Origin: an uncultured Acidiphilium sp.
GTDB taxonomy: Bacteria > Bacillota > Clostridia > Christensenellales > Borkfalkiaceae
DNA: 64,000 bases
Assembly: GCA_902495325.1 (NCBI GenBank)
Contig: CABUWK010000003.1
Location: forward strand, 23,645-87,644
Reading direction: 5' to 3'
Under the pieces are notes generated by a model. It was not told the DNA's origin, did not search any database, and saw only the letters and a list, made by a program, of their open reading frames with translations. This document shows, one piece after another, positions 33,234 through 44,458 of this stretch. Each line of letters opens with the position of its first letter. Positions within the stretch are counted from its first letter, which is position 1. The translations under genes and the position numbers were made by a program.

Positions 33234-34256
33234 TTATTCGTCTTTTCCGCGCTCTATCACCACAAGGCGATAGGACGCAAACATGCCGCCCGCAAACAGA
33301 ACGATACCGAGCAGAAGTTCCCAGATACGGAACCCGCCGTTTACCCAATCCTGATATACGGCATACATATCGGGGTTGAAAAACATCGTGACGGCAGATC
33401 CGAGCGAAAGCCCGGCGACTGTGAAAAACGTCGGCGCTCTTTTTTTGGAAAGAAGACCGGATAAAAATCTGGAAAACGTGAGAAGCCCCGCAAGGAAACC
33501 GACGATCAGGCACACATACACGATAAACACCTGCGGAGACGATTTCCAGTAAGTAATGCTGACGGAAGCCATCAGCGGGGCAAAATATCCGAACATCATC
33601 AGAAGCGCCGTTGCGGACAATCCGGGAACAACCTGCGTGATCGCGACCGCATAACCGAGCGCAAGGAAAAGGATATAATGTCCGACCGAAAGATTTTCGA
33701 GCGAGCGTTCCCCCGTGATCAGAAACACGGAAAGAACGGCTACCGCGACGGGCACGAGAAATCCCGCGGCAAACAATGCCTTTCTCTGCGGCGTAGCGCG
33801 TTCTCCTTTGAACTGATCGGTCACGGCGGGGAAAGCCCCGATCATCAGCCCGGCAAACAACGCAACGACGGCAAACGGCAATATTTCAAGCAGATATCTC
33901 ACGCTGAAAAAACCGCCCGCAACGCCGATCACCGCCCCGATCGCGATCGGAATCAGAAATTTAACGCATTTTTTAAACCGTTTCAGCAGGTTGCCGAACG
34001 CATATAATAACTTTTCGTACAGGCGGAATATGATGGCAACCGCCGATCCGCTCACACCGGGAACGATGATCGCAAGTCCGATAAAAAAACCGAGCAACCC
34101 GCCTTTCGCGACTTCTTTCCCGTCGCGGTAACGAAGATCGAGTTCTTCGCTTTCCGCCCCGTCTCTCTTTTCTTCGCCCGCCGCAGGATCCGGATTGTCA
34201 CACCCGCAATCCCCGCGCGCGGCGGTATTTTTATTCTTATTTTCGTTTTCCGTCAT
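33234..34256 (-). CDS. DUF368-family polytopic membrane protein (a family reported as undecaprenyl-phosphate translocase, PopT)
   Basis: GLLGFFIGLAIIVPGVSGSAVAIIF and the later VVPGLSATALLMMFGYF form the duplicated DUF368 signature. I chose the start at 34256 (MTENENK) because of the AGGAGAG RBS. The ATGs at 34274 and 34313 are alternatives. Confidence 0.75.
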   Translation of the reverse strand: MTENENKNKNTAARGDCGCDNPDPAAGEEKRDGAESEELDLRYRDGKEVAKGGLLGFFIGLAIIVPGVSGSAVAIIFRLYEKLLYAFGNLLKRFKKCVKFLIPIAIGAVIGVAGGFFSVRYLLEILPFAVVALFAGLMIGAFPAVTDQFKGERATPQRKALFAAGFLVPVAVAVLSVFLITGERSLENLSVGHYILFLALGYAVAITQVVPGLSATALLMMFGYFAPLMASVSITYWKSSPQVFIVYVCLIVGFLAGLLTFSRFLSGLLSKKRAPTFFTVAGLSLGSAVTMFFNPDMYAVYQDWVNGGFRIWELLLGIVLFAGGMFASYRLVVIERGKDE

Positions 34257-34321
34257 TCCGATCTCTCCTGCCATAAAAGATTTTACGAATTTTTCGCCGT
34301 TAAAACTTAACAAGTTTCGCT

Positions 34322-34361
34322 AAAATGCCGCGAAGTACGACCCCGTATTCCGCGGCATTTT
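34322..34361 (-). terminator. Hairpin after gyrA (probable terminator)
   Basis: AAAATGCCGCG...CGCGGCATTTT forms an 11-bp stem with an 18-nt loop, immediately downstream of the gyrA stop (34369). Confidence 0.55.
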
Positions 34362-34368
34362 GCCTGTT

Positions 34369-37068
34369 TTATTCTTCCGTTGTCTCTTCGGTCAAGCCTT
34401 CGCCCGCAACGCTTTCCGCATTGCCGGTCCCGTCTTCGTCTTCCGATCCGTCAGATCCTTCCTCGCCTTCCGGAAGCTCTTCTTCCTCGTCCTCATGCGG
34501 GGCGATTGCAACAGACGCGATCTCCGATCCGTCAAGCCGCATGACTTTTACGCCCTGCGTATCTCTGCCGATCAGCGAGATCTCGTCCACCTGCATGCGG
34601 ATCGCAACGCCGCCGGAAGAGATCATCATGAGATCTTCCCCTTCATGGACGGGTTTGATTCCGACCAGTGAGCCCGTCTTTTCGTTGAAAGTACCCGCCT
34701 TGATACCTTTCCCCGCTCTCGACTGCAAGCGGTAATCGTCGATCAGACTGCGTTTTCCGTAGCCATTCGAAGATATGGTAACGATGGTATCGCCCGGCTG
34801 AATGACGGTCATATCGATCACGTAATCGCCTTCGGAAAGATCCATCGATCTTACGCCCTGCGTATCTCTGCCCATCGGGCGGACGTCGTGTTCGCTGAAG
34901 CGGATACACTTGCCTTCGTGCGAACCGATGAGAACTTCGTCGTCGCCGCTCGTCAGCTCGACAGAGATGAGTTCGTCTCCGGGAAGAAGACTGATCGCGA
35001 TCTTTCCGCCTTTGCGGATGGAATCGAATTCGGAAAGCGCGGTCTTCTTGATGAGCCCGAACTTCGTAGCCATCATGATGTAGCCGCCTTTATTTTCGCC
35101 GTTCTCTTCCGTTAAAGTATCTTCGACCGGCGTTTCTTCAACTGCAGAAACTTCGGTTTCCGTCGTTTCTCCGATTTCTTCTTCGGGAAGCGCGGAACCG
35201 CACGTAAGATCCTTTCTCGGAATAACCGCCGTAATGCGCTCGCCGTTGTCGATCTGAATCAGATTGACGATCGCTCTGCCCCTTGCCACTTTCTGCCCTT
35301 CCGGGACCTCGTACGCCTTGATACGGTACACTTTACCGAGCGAGCTGAAGAACAGCAGATCGTCGTGCGTGGAGCAGATAAACATGCTCTTCACGAAATC
35401 TTCGTCCTTTGCCTTGTGCGCCGTGACCCCTCTGCCGCCGCGGCGTTGCGCCTTGCACTCTTTCGTCGCGATGCGTTTGATGTATCCCATGTTCGTGAGG
35501 GAGATAACGACGTCCTCTCTCTCGATAAGATCCGCTTCGCCGATGTCGGCAAAATCGGTGGAGATCTCCGTCTTTCTCGGGGTGGGATAGCGGTTTTTGA
35601 TATCGAGAAGGTCGTTTCTGACGATCGCGCGCACTCTTTCGGGTTTTGCGAGAATGTCTTCGTAATCGGCGATCAGGGCGTCCAGCTGGCGAAGTTCTTC
35701 GTTCAGCTTTTCCACTTCCATGGAAGTAAGTCTCTGGAGACGCATATCGAGGATCGCCTGCGCCTGCTTGTCGTCGAGAAGGAAACTCTCTTCGAGTTGT
35801 CTCATCGCGTCGTCTTTGTCCTTACTGCGCTTGATAATGGCGATCACCTCGTCGATGTTCGCAAGGGCGATCACGAGACCTTTTACGATGTGTTCCCTTT
35901 CTTTCGTTCTCGCTAAATCGTATTTCGTTCTTCTCTCGATCACGTCGATCTGATGCGCGACGTAATGCGTGAGGATCTCTTTTAAGTTGAGGATCTTCGG
36001 ATCGGTGCCGACGAGCGCAAGAAGAATGATACCGTCGGAAACCTGAAGATTCGTCTGTTTGTACAGGGTGTTGAGAACGACCTGCGCGTTCGCGTCCTTC
36101 TTGATCTCGATGACGACGCGCATCCCGTGACGGTCGGATTCGTCGTTGATGTTGGAAATGCCTTCCAGCTTTTTGTTCTTGACGTAATCGGCGATCGTTT
36201 CGATGAGTTTCTGTTTGTTGACCTGATAAGGAAGTTCGGTCACGATGATACGTTCTCTCGTGCCGTTGTTGAAATCTTCGATTTCGCATTTCGCGCGGAG
36301 AACGATATTCCCTCTTCCGGTGCGATAGGCATTGCGGATGCCGCTTCTGCCCATGATGATACCGCCCGTCGGGAAATCGGGCGCGGGAATATATCTGATA
36401 AGTTCGTCGACCGTGATATCCGGGTTATCGATCAGGGCGATCGTACCGTCGATCACTTCGCCGAGGTTATGGGGCGGAATGTTCGTCGCCATGCCGACGG
36501 CGATGCCGTCCGCGCCGTTCACGAGAAGATTCGGATATCTTGCGGGCAGAACGACGGGCTGCATTCTCGTATCGTCGAAGTTGGGATAAAAGTCGACCGT
36601 TTCCTTATCGATCTCGCGAAGCATTTCGAGCGCCATTTTGCTCATTCTCGCTTCGGTATAACGATAAGCGGCGGCAGGGTCGCCGTCGACGGAACCGAAG
36701 TTTCCGTGCCCGTCCACAAGGGGCATATTGATGGAGAAATCCTGCGCGAGACGAACGAGCGCGTCGTAAACGGAGCTGTCGCCGTGCGGGTGATATTTAC
36801 CGAGCACGTCGCCGACGATGGTCGCGCACTTTTTGTACGCTTTGTCCGGCGTGAGCCCGAGTTCGTTCATGGAATATAAAATTCTTCTGTGCACGGGCTT
36901 CAAGCCGTCGCGCACGTCGGGGATCGCCCTCGAACGGTTTACGCACATCGCGTAGTCGATAAAGCTCTGTTTCAGCTCTTTATCCACTTCGATGTCGATG
37001 ATCTTTGTCATTTCGAGCGTTTTACGGAATTCGTCCGTAAGCGCCTGATCGAATTCTTTCTTAGCCAT
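34369..37068 (-). CDS. gyrA: DNA gyrase subunit A
   Basis: [38 protein letters not shown] and active-site [10 protein letters not shown] are all present, and the CTD blades follow. An acidic insertion and an acidic tail are also present. Confidence 0.98.
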   Translation of the reverse strand: MAKKEFDQALTDEFRKTLEMTKIIDIEVDKELKQSFIDYAMCVNRSRAIPDVRDGLKPVHRRILYSMNELGLTPDKAYKKCATIVGDVLGKYHPHGDSSVYDALVRLAQDFSINMPLVDGHGNFGSVDGDPAAAYRYTEARMSKMALEMLREIDKETVDFYPNFDDTRMQPVVLPARYPNLLVNGADGIAVGMATNIPPHNLGEVIDGTIALIDNPDITVDELIRYIPAPDFPTGGIIMGRSGIRNAYRTGRGNIVLRAKCEIEDFNNGTRERIIVTELPYQVNKQKLIETIADYVKNKKLEGISNINDESDRHGMRVVIEIKKDANAQVVLNTLYKQTNLQVSDGIILLALVGTDPKILNLKEILTHYVAHQIDVIERRTKYDLARTKEREHIVKGLVIALANIDEVIAIIKRSKDKDDAMRQLEESFLLDDKQAQAILDMRLQRLTSMEVEKLNEELRQLDALIADYEDILAKPERVRAIVRNDLLDIKNRYPTPRKTEISTDFADIGEADLIEREDVVISLTNMGYIKRIATKECKAQRRGGRGVTAHKAKDEDFVKSMFICSTHDDLLFFSSLGKVYRIKAYEVPEGQKVARGRAIVNLIQIDNGERITAVIPRKDLTCGSALPEEEIGETTETEVSAVEETPVEDTLTEENGENKGGYIMMATKFGLIKKTALSEFDSIRKGGKIAISLLPGDELISVELTSGDDEVLIGSHEGKCIRFSEHDVRPMGRDTQGVRSMDLSEGDYVIDMTVIQPGDTIVTISSNGYGKRSLIDDYRLQSRAGKGIKAGTFNEKTGSLVGIKPVHEGEDLMMISSGGVAIRMQVDEISLIGRDTQGVKVMRLDGSEIASVAIAPHEDEEEELPEGEEGSDGSEDEDGTGNAESVAGEGLTEETTEE

Positions 37069-37079
37069 GCGTCCCTCCC

Positions 37080-38990
<1,911 letters not shown>

Positions 38991-39082
38991 TCACTCCTTC
39001 GTCTTTGATACCCCGATATCGTATAACCGACCCTCGGTTGGCGGAAACGGACGGAATTTCCGATCGTTTCCCTGATATACCT

Positions 39083-39111
39083 ATTATATATCAAAACAAA
39101 AAATAAGTAAA
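39083..39111 (-). promoter_or_regulatory. Candidate gyrBA promoter
   Basis: The minus strand reads TTTACT (39106-39111), 17 nt, TATAAT (39083-39088), about 95 nt upstream of the gyrB ATG. Confidence 0.5.
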
Positions 39112-39146
39112 GCGAATCGGGGCATTTTCCGTTTTTTGTGCAAAGG

Positions 39147-39189
39147 AAAAAATAAAGAAAACGCGGGAACGGCATCGCTCGTTCCCGCG
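39147..39189 (-). terminator. Intrinsic terminator after gdh
   Basis: The minus strand reads CGCGGGAACG-AGCGATGC-CGTTCCCGCG followed by TTTTCTTTATTTTTT. Confidence 0.8.
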
Positions 39190-39225
39190 GAAGATTTTTC
39201 TTCTTTTTCGTTTCCGGAAACCCCT

Positions 39226-40494
39226 TTATTTCAGCAGGGAAACGACTTCCGACAGACGGGACAACGCCACCGCGTATGCCGCCGTGCGGAGAGAACATCC
39301 GTAAGTCGCGGAAGCGTTCCATACCGCCGCGGAAGAAGCCGACATCTTCTTCTCGAGTTTTTCGTTCACCTCTTCTTCCGACCAGTAGAAGCCGGCGAGA
39401 TTCTGCACCCATTCGAAATAGGAAACGATCACGCCGCCGCCGTTCGCAAGGATATCCGGAATGACGGTAATTCCCCGTTTTTCGAGAATTTCGTCCGCTT
39501 CGGCGGTCGTGGGTCCGTTCGCCCCTTCCGCGACATAGCGGGCTTTGATCTTTGCGGCGTTCGTGCCGTCGATCTGGTTTTCGAGAGCTGCGGGCACCAG
39601 AATATCCGCTTCCGTTTCAAGCAGTTTCTCGTTTCCCTCTTTCCCGGCGACAAAAACCGTTCCGTCCGTAAGAGGGTACTCCTTCAGCGACTTTTTCTTC
39701 AGCGAATATTCGCGGATCGTCTCCGAGGAAATTCCTTTTTCGTTGAAAATCGCCCCCGAACCGTCGGAAACGGCGACGAGTTTCGCCCCTTCTCTTTCCA
39801 GCAGAAGAGCGGAAACGCTGCCTACGTTTCCCTTACCCTGCACGGCGAAGGTCTTTCCTTTCAGGCTTTCGCCTTTTTTCGCAAGGATCTCGCGAAGGGC
39901 GATCATAACGCCCCTGCCCGTCGCTTCCTCTCTGCCGAGGCTTCCGCCCAGCGCGAGGGGTTTTCCCGTTACGACCGCGGGCGTGAAAGCCCCCGCCGTT
40001 TTGGAGTATTCGTCGCAGAACCATGCCATGATCTGCCCGTTCGTGTTCACATCCGGCGCGGGAACGTCCTTCCGCGGACCCACGTCGGGCGCGATCGCCG
40101 CCGCATACGCGCGGGTCAGCCTTTCGAGTTCTCCCTTCGAAAGGTTTTTCGGATCCACGCAGATACCGCCTTTCCCGCCGCCGTACGGAATATCCGCAAC
40201 GGCGCATTTCATCGTCATCCAGGCGGAAAGTGCCTTCACCTCGTCGATATCGACGTTCTGATGATAGCGGATCCCGCCTTTGTAAGGTCCTCTCAGCGAA
40301 CTGTGCTGCACGCGGTAACCGCGGAAGGTGCGGAGCGTTCCGTCGTCCATGCGGACGGCAAGCGTCACGTCGATCTGTCTTTCCGGGGAAGAGAGGATCT
40401 TTAACGTCTCTTCGGAAAGACCGATCTTTTCCGCCGTTTTTTCAAGCACGGAAAGATAATTCTCGTAAGGGTTATACTTTTTTGCGTTTTCCAT
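39226..40494 (-). CDS. gdh: Glutamate dehydrogenase (Glu/Leu/Phe/Val dehydrogenase family)
   Basis: 422-aa ORF. It carries the catalytic-Lys motif IPYGGGKGGICVDP and the Rossmann motif FAVQGKGNVG. Confidence 0.92.
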   Translation of the reverse strand: MENAKKYNPYENYLSVLEKTAEKIGLSEETLKILSSPERQIDVTLAVRMDDGTLRTFRGYRVQHSSLRGPYKGGIRYHQNVDIDEVKALSAWMTMKCAVADIPYGGGKGGICVDPKNLSKGELERLTRAYAAAIAPDVGPRKDVPAPDVNTNGQIMAWFCDEYSKTAGAFTPAVVTGKPLALGGSLGREEATGRGVMIALREILAKKGESLKGKTFAVQGKGNVGSVSALLLEREGAKLVAVSDGSGAIFNEKGISSETIREYSLKKKSLKEYPLTDGTVFVAGKEGNEKLLETEADILVPAALENQIDGTNAAKIKARYVAEGANGPTTAEADEILEKRGITVIPDILANGGGVIVSYFEWVQNLAGFYWSEEEVNEKLEKKMSASSAAVWNASATYGCSLRTAAYAVALSRLSEVVSLLK

Positions 40495-40576
40495 TGCCGG
40501 TCACCTGTCCTTTTGATTTTTTTCGTTTATAAGGAGTGCCGGACCGCATAAAACGACCGGCACATCCCGACGGAGC

Positions 40577-42340
40577 TTACGCTCTTTCTTTGTTTTCTTT
40601 CACGACTCTTTCCACAAACTCGCCGAGCCCGCAGGAAATCGTTTCGTTCGTATCGCGAAGACGGACGGAAACAACGCCTTCGTCCTCTTCTTTTTGCCCG
40701 ATAATCAACATATAGGGCACTCTTTCTTCCATTTGCGCCTGGCGGATCTGATAGCCGATCTTCTCGTTGCAATCTCCTTTTTCCACGCGGACGCCAGCGG
40801 CTTTCAGCGCGTCGTAAACCTTGTCGCCGTACGCCGTGAATTTATCCGACACGAGAAGAACTTTCACCTGGACGGGCGCAAGCCACACGGGGAATTTGCC
40901 AGCAAAATGTTCCGTTAAAACGCCGATAAAACGTTCGATCGAACCGAAGCACACGCGGTGCACCATGATCGGTCTCTGTTTCTCGCCCTTTTCGTCCACA
41001 TATTCGAGCCCGAAATTTCTCGGCATCTGGAAGTCGAGCTGAATGGTGCCGCACTGCCAGGTCCTGCCGATGCTGTCTTCGAGGTGGAAGTCGATCTTCG
41101 GTCCGTAAAACGCGCCGTCGCCTTCGTTCACCGTGTACGGAAGCCCGAGTTTTTCAAGCGCGGTGATAAGCCCGTTCGTCGCGGCTTCCCACTCCTCGTC
41201 GCTGCCCATGCTGTTTTCCGGACGGGTGGAAAGTTCCACCTGGTAGCGGAAACCGAATTTTTCGTAAACGGAATTGATCAGGTGTACGACGGAGACGATC
41301 TCGTCCGTGATCTGATCTTTTCTCATGAAAATGTGCGCGTCGTCCTGCGTGAAGCAACGCACGCGGAAAAGCCCGTGCAACGCGCCCTTGAGTTCGTGGC
41401 GGTGCACGATGCCGAGTTCGCCTACGCGCATGGGAAGGTCGCGGTAGCTGTGCGGCTTATTCTTGTATACAAGCACCCCGCCCGGGCAGTTCATCGGCTT
41501 GATGCAGTAGATCTCGTCGTCGATGATCGTGGAATACATATTGTCTTTATAGTGATCCCAGTGTCCGCTCGTCTCCCAGAGCCGGCGGTTCATGATGAGC
41601 GGCGTGGAAACTTCCACATAGCCCGCGTCGCGGTGGATCTCTCTCCAGTAATCGATCAGGGCGTTTTTGATCACCATTCCGTTGGGAAGGAAGAAGGGGA
41701 AGCCGGGGGCTTCGTCCCTCAGCATGAACAGTTCCATCTCCTTGCCGATCTTGCGGTGATCGCGTTTTTTCGCCTCTTCCTGCATTTTTTCGTATTCCGC
41801 AAGTTCTTCTTTCGTTCTGAAAGCGATCCCCTTGATACGCGTGAGCATTTTGTTGTTGCTGTCGTTTTTCCAGTACGCCCCCGAGATCGCGTTCAGGCGG
41901 AAAGCCTTCAGCGCCTTGGTCGAAGTGACGTGAGGTCCGACGCACATATCCGTATAATCGCCCTGTTTGTAGAAGGAAATCACGGCGTCTTCGGGAAGAT
42001 CCCCGATGTGCTCGACTTTATAGTCCTGCCCTTCGCTCTTCATCAGCGCGATCGCCTCTTCCCTGGGAAGGGTGAACGGACGGATCGGAAGGTTCTCTTT
42101 TGCGATTTTTTTCATTTCCGCTTCGATTGCGGGCAGATCTTCTTCCGTCGGGGCGTTGTCGCCGAAATCGACGTCGTAATAAAAGCCCTTTTCGTTTGCG
42201 GGGCCGTAGGCGAATTTCGCCTGCGGGTAAAGGTGCATGATCGCCTGCGCCATCAGATGGGCGCAGGAATGGCGCAGCACGTGAAGCTCGTCTTCCGCGG
42301 CGCACTCGGTAACGGTTCCGTCAGATAAAATAATTTTCAT
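40577..42340 (-). CDS. thrS: Threonyl-tRNA synthetase with a truncated N-terminal TGS region
   Basis: 587-aa ORF. It has the editing-domain motif HVLRHSCAHLMAQA, class II motifs (FRVRCFTQDDAHIF, GTIQLDF) and an anticodon-binding C-terminus. Only about 20 residues precede the HxxxH editing motif. Confidence 0.95.
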   Translation of the reverse strand: MKIILSDGTVTECAAEDELHVLRHSCAHLMAQAIMHLYPQAKFAYGPANEKGFYYDVDFGDNAPTEEDLPAIEAEMKKIAKENLPIRPFTLPREEAIALMKSEGQDYKVEHIGDLPEDAVISFYKQGDYTDMCVGPHVTSTKALKAFRLNAISGAYWKNDSNNKMLTRIKGIAFRTKEELAEYEKMQEEAKKRDHRKIGKEMELFMLRDEAPGFPFFLPNGMVIKNALIDYWREIHRDAGYVEVSTPLIMNRRLWETSGHWDHYKDNMYSTIIDDEIYCIKPMNCPGGVLVYKNKPHSYRDLPMRVGELGIVHRHELKGALHGLFRVRCFTQDDAHIFMRKDQITDEIVSVVHLINSVYEKFGFRYQVELSTRPENSMGSDEEWEAATNGLITALEKLGLPYTVNEGDGAFYGPKIDFHLEDSIGRTWQCGTIQLDFQMPRNFGLEYVDEKGEKQRPIMVHRVCFGSIERFIGVLTEHFAGKFPVWLAPVQVKVLLVSDKFTAYGDKVYDALKAAGVRVEKGDCNEKIGYQIRQAQMEERVPYMLIIGQKEEDEGVVSVRLRDTNETISCGLGEFVERVVKENKERA

Positions 42341-42436
42341 GTCGGCTAATGTCCTCCGTTTTTGTCTTCTTCAGCCGCAGGCGAGCGGCGCCCGCACGCG
42401 CGGACTGCGATCGCCTGCTTCCGACCGCCCCGCCGG

Positions 42437-42735
42437 AAACAAAAAAGCCCCCGGCGAGACGGAAAAAACCGTTTCGTCAAGGGCGCGGATTCTCGCGCGG
42501 TTCCACCTTGATTTCTCACTCCGGCTCCCGGAAGAAAACCTTTCTTCGGCAACCTTGTTCTCTGACGCGGATTCACGGCGACGCTTACGGGGGCGATCTC
42601 TCGTCCGCTCGGCGCGCGGCTCCGGAACGGTCTTCGCGTTTTTCCTCTGCCGGGATCTCTCAGCCTTGCCGCCGTGCGGCAGGATCCCTTCTCTGTGAGC
42701 GCTCCGAAAAACCTACTCTTTCCTTCTCAGCCTGT
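42437..42735 (-). promoter_or_regulatory. T-box riboswitch leader of thrS (probable ACC Thr specifier) with terminator/antiterminator
   Basis: The minus strand contains the T-box core AATCAAGGTGGAACCGCGCG (about 42494-42512). It is followed by the hairpin GCGCCCTTGACGAAACGG-TTTTTT-CCGTCTCGCCGGGGGC plus TTTTTTG (42440-42486). Upstream are AGAGA-type stem I elements and GAAGACCG, with ACC at 42629-42631. Confidence 0.8.
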
Positions 42736-42741
42736 ACTTTT

Positions 42742-42770
42742 ATTTTACCACTTTCCTCTTTTTCCGTCAA
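42742..42770 (-). promoter_or_regulatory. Promoter of the thrS T-box leader
   Basis: The minus strand reads TTGACG (42765-42770), 17 nt, TAAAAT (42742-42747), with an extended -10 TG (GTGGTAAAAT). Confidence 0.65.
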
Positions 42771-42880
42771 CCGTTTGATAAAAATTTCCGAAATTTTTCT
42801 TGCGGACGGAACGATCCGCAGATCCGCACCCTCCGCGACTGCCGTTTTTCTTATATATTTTGCAGATCGACGATATTTTA

Positions 42881-42909
42881 TTGACTTGAAACGGGTTTTG
42901 TGATAAAAT
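42881..42909 (+). promoter_or_regulatory. Promoter of the zinc-ribbon membrane protein pair
   Basis: TTGACT (42881-42886), 17 nt, TAAAAT (42904-42909), with an extended -10 TG (TGATAAAAT). Confidence 0.6.
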
Positions 42910-42978
42910 ATTTTCAATCGCTCCGGAATATCCGGAGGAAACAACGAAGCCTTAGCGGGCAAAAGGGAGGAAATACAC

Positions 42979-44421
42979 ATGATCGCTTGTAACAACTGCC
43001 ATACGGAAAACGAGGAAGACGCCGTTTTCTGTAAACAATGCGGAAAACGGCTCGACGGAAAGGTCGTATGCCCGGACTGCGGCAAACTCACACCGGAAGA
43101 CGGTTGCTTCTGTCAGAACTGCGGTGCGGATCTCCGTAACCGGGAGACGATCGGCAAAAACACTTCCGAAACCGAACTCTGCCCGAACTGTGACGCAAAT
43201 TCCGGTTACCGGCAGACAACGGATTCTTCAAAACAAAACGCAAACACCTCCGCAGATCCTGCGATTAAAAAGGTGCGTTGCGAAAAAGCCAGAAGGTTCA
43301 CGTTTACCCTTTCCGGTTACGTAGCGGCGGCGGGCGCGTTATTCGCTTTCGTTTTCGTTTTCCTGATCGGGCTGAAATTCAAGGTCGTCGGAAACGAACG
43401 ACAGTTCACCGGTCTTCTGGAAGAGCTCGGCGTTTCCGCCGAAGAAGAATCGATCTGGTACTTTTTCTACGAATCCTTCGAGGACGCGAAATCCCTCCTC
43501 GCTTCCCTTTCTTCCTATGACGGAGCTTATTCCGCGGCGGTATGGGTGCAAACCGTGCTTTCGGCGGTCGTTGCAGGCGTTACCCTGTTATCCGTCGTCG
43601 CGTTCGGCGCGATCACGGCGGTCAAAGTGGTAAAAAACCTGTTGTACGGAAGAGAAGATAATTTCTTCCCCTTCGCGCTTGCGACCGTTTTCTCCTTCCT
43701 TTTCGGAAGCGTCGCTCTCCTTCGCTTAAGCGGTCTGAATCTGAAAATACGCTCGGGATCGACTTTTGCGAGCGTGCAGACCTGTCTCACCGCGCCTGCC
43801 GTCGTCGGCATCGTCTTTTCGTCCGTTCTGACGGGGCTCGCCGTTCTCGGAAGACTTGCCTGCAACGTGAAAAAACACCCGTCCCATCATCTGATCGCAA
43901 GAAAGCTGTCCGCCGCGCTGTGCGTTGCGCTGACTCTCGTTACGGCGATTCTTGCGGGAAACGTTTTATTTACCGTAAAAATGTCCGACGGTGGCTCCGG
44001 CGCCGTAAAGATCTCCGCCTCGGAGACGGTCTGGTCGACCGTGTTTACGGCGGGCACGGCTACTACTTACGATATTCCGCAGGAACACGTATTTATTCTG
44101 ATCGGCGCGACGGTTGCCGTAACGGCTTCTCTGATCGTCGTTGCGATCTCCGTGGCGAGACTTGTCGGTCTCCTGAAAGAAAGCCGGAAGAAATCTTCCG
44201 TTTTCTCTTCGGCGGTGATCTTCGCGTTGTCCGCATTCCTTCTTGCGGGATATATCCTTATCGTTCCAAACGCAAAAACGACGGAAATATTATCCTCGGC
44301 GGACTGTAAAATAAGCATTGCCGGAGCGATCGTACTCGTCGTATTCTCCCTGTTATCCCTTCTTGCCGCGATTCTTCATCATGCCGCGTTGCGGATCGAA
44401 ACGGCGGCGGAAACCGACTGA
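42979..44421 (+). CDS. Double zinc-ribbon N-terminus plus polytopic membrane protein, unknown function (paralog A)
   Basis: 480-aa ORF with RBS GGGAGGA. The CxxC pairs are CNNCHTENEEDAVFCKQCG...CPDCGKLTPEDGCFCQNCG. A polar linker follows, then about 8 predicted TM segments. Confidence 0.8.
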   Translation: MIACNNCHTENEEDAVFCKQCGKRLDGKVVCPDCGKLTPEDGCFCQNCGADLRNRETIGKNTSETELCPNCDANSGYRQTTDSSKQNANTSADPAIKKVRCEKARRFTFTLSGYVAAAGALFAFVFVFLIGLKFKVVGNERQFTGLLEELGVSAEEESIWYFFYESFEDAKSLLASLSSYDGAYSAAVWVQTVLSAVVAGVTLLSVVAFGAITAVKVVKNLLYGREDNFFPFALATVFSFLFGSVALLRLSGLNLKIRSGSTFASVQTCLTAPAVVGIVFSSVLTGLAVLGRLACNVKKHPSHHLIARKLSAALCVALTLVTAILAGNVLFTVKMSDGGSGAVKISASETVWSTVFTAGTATTYDIPQEHVFILIGATVAVTASLIVVAISVARLVGLLKESRKKSSVFSSAVIFALSAFLLAGYILIVPNAKTTEILSSADCKISIAGAIVLVVFSLLSLLAAILHHAALRIETAAETD

Positions 44422-44458
44422 TAAAACTATTTTTTACTTAGAATAAAAGGACTTATTT

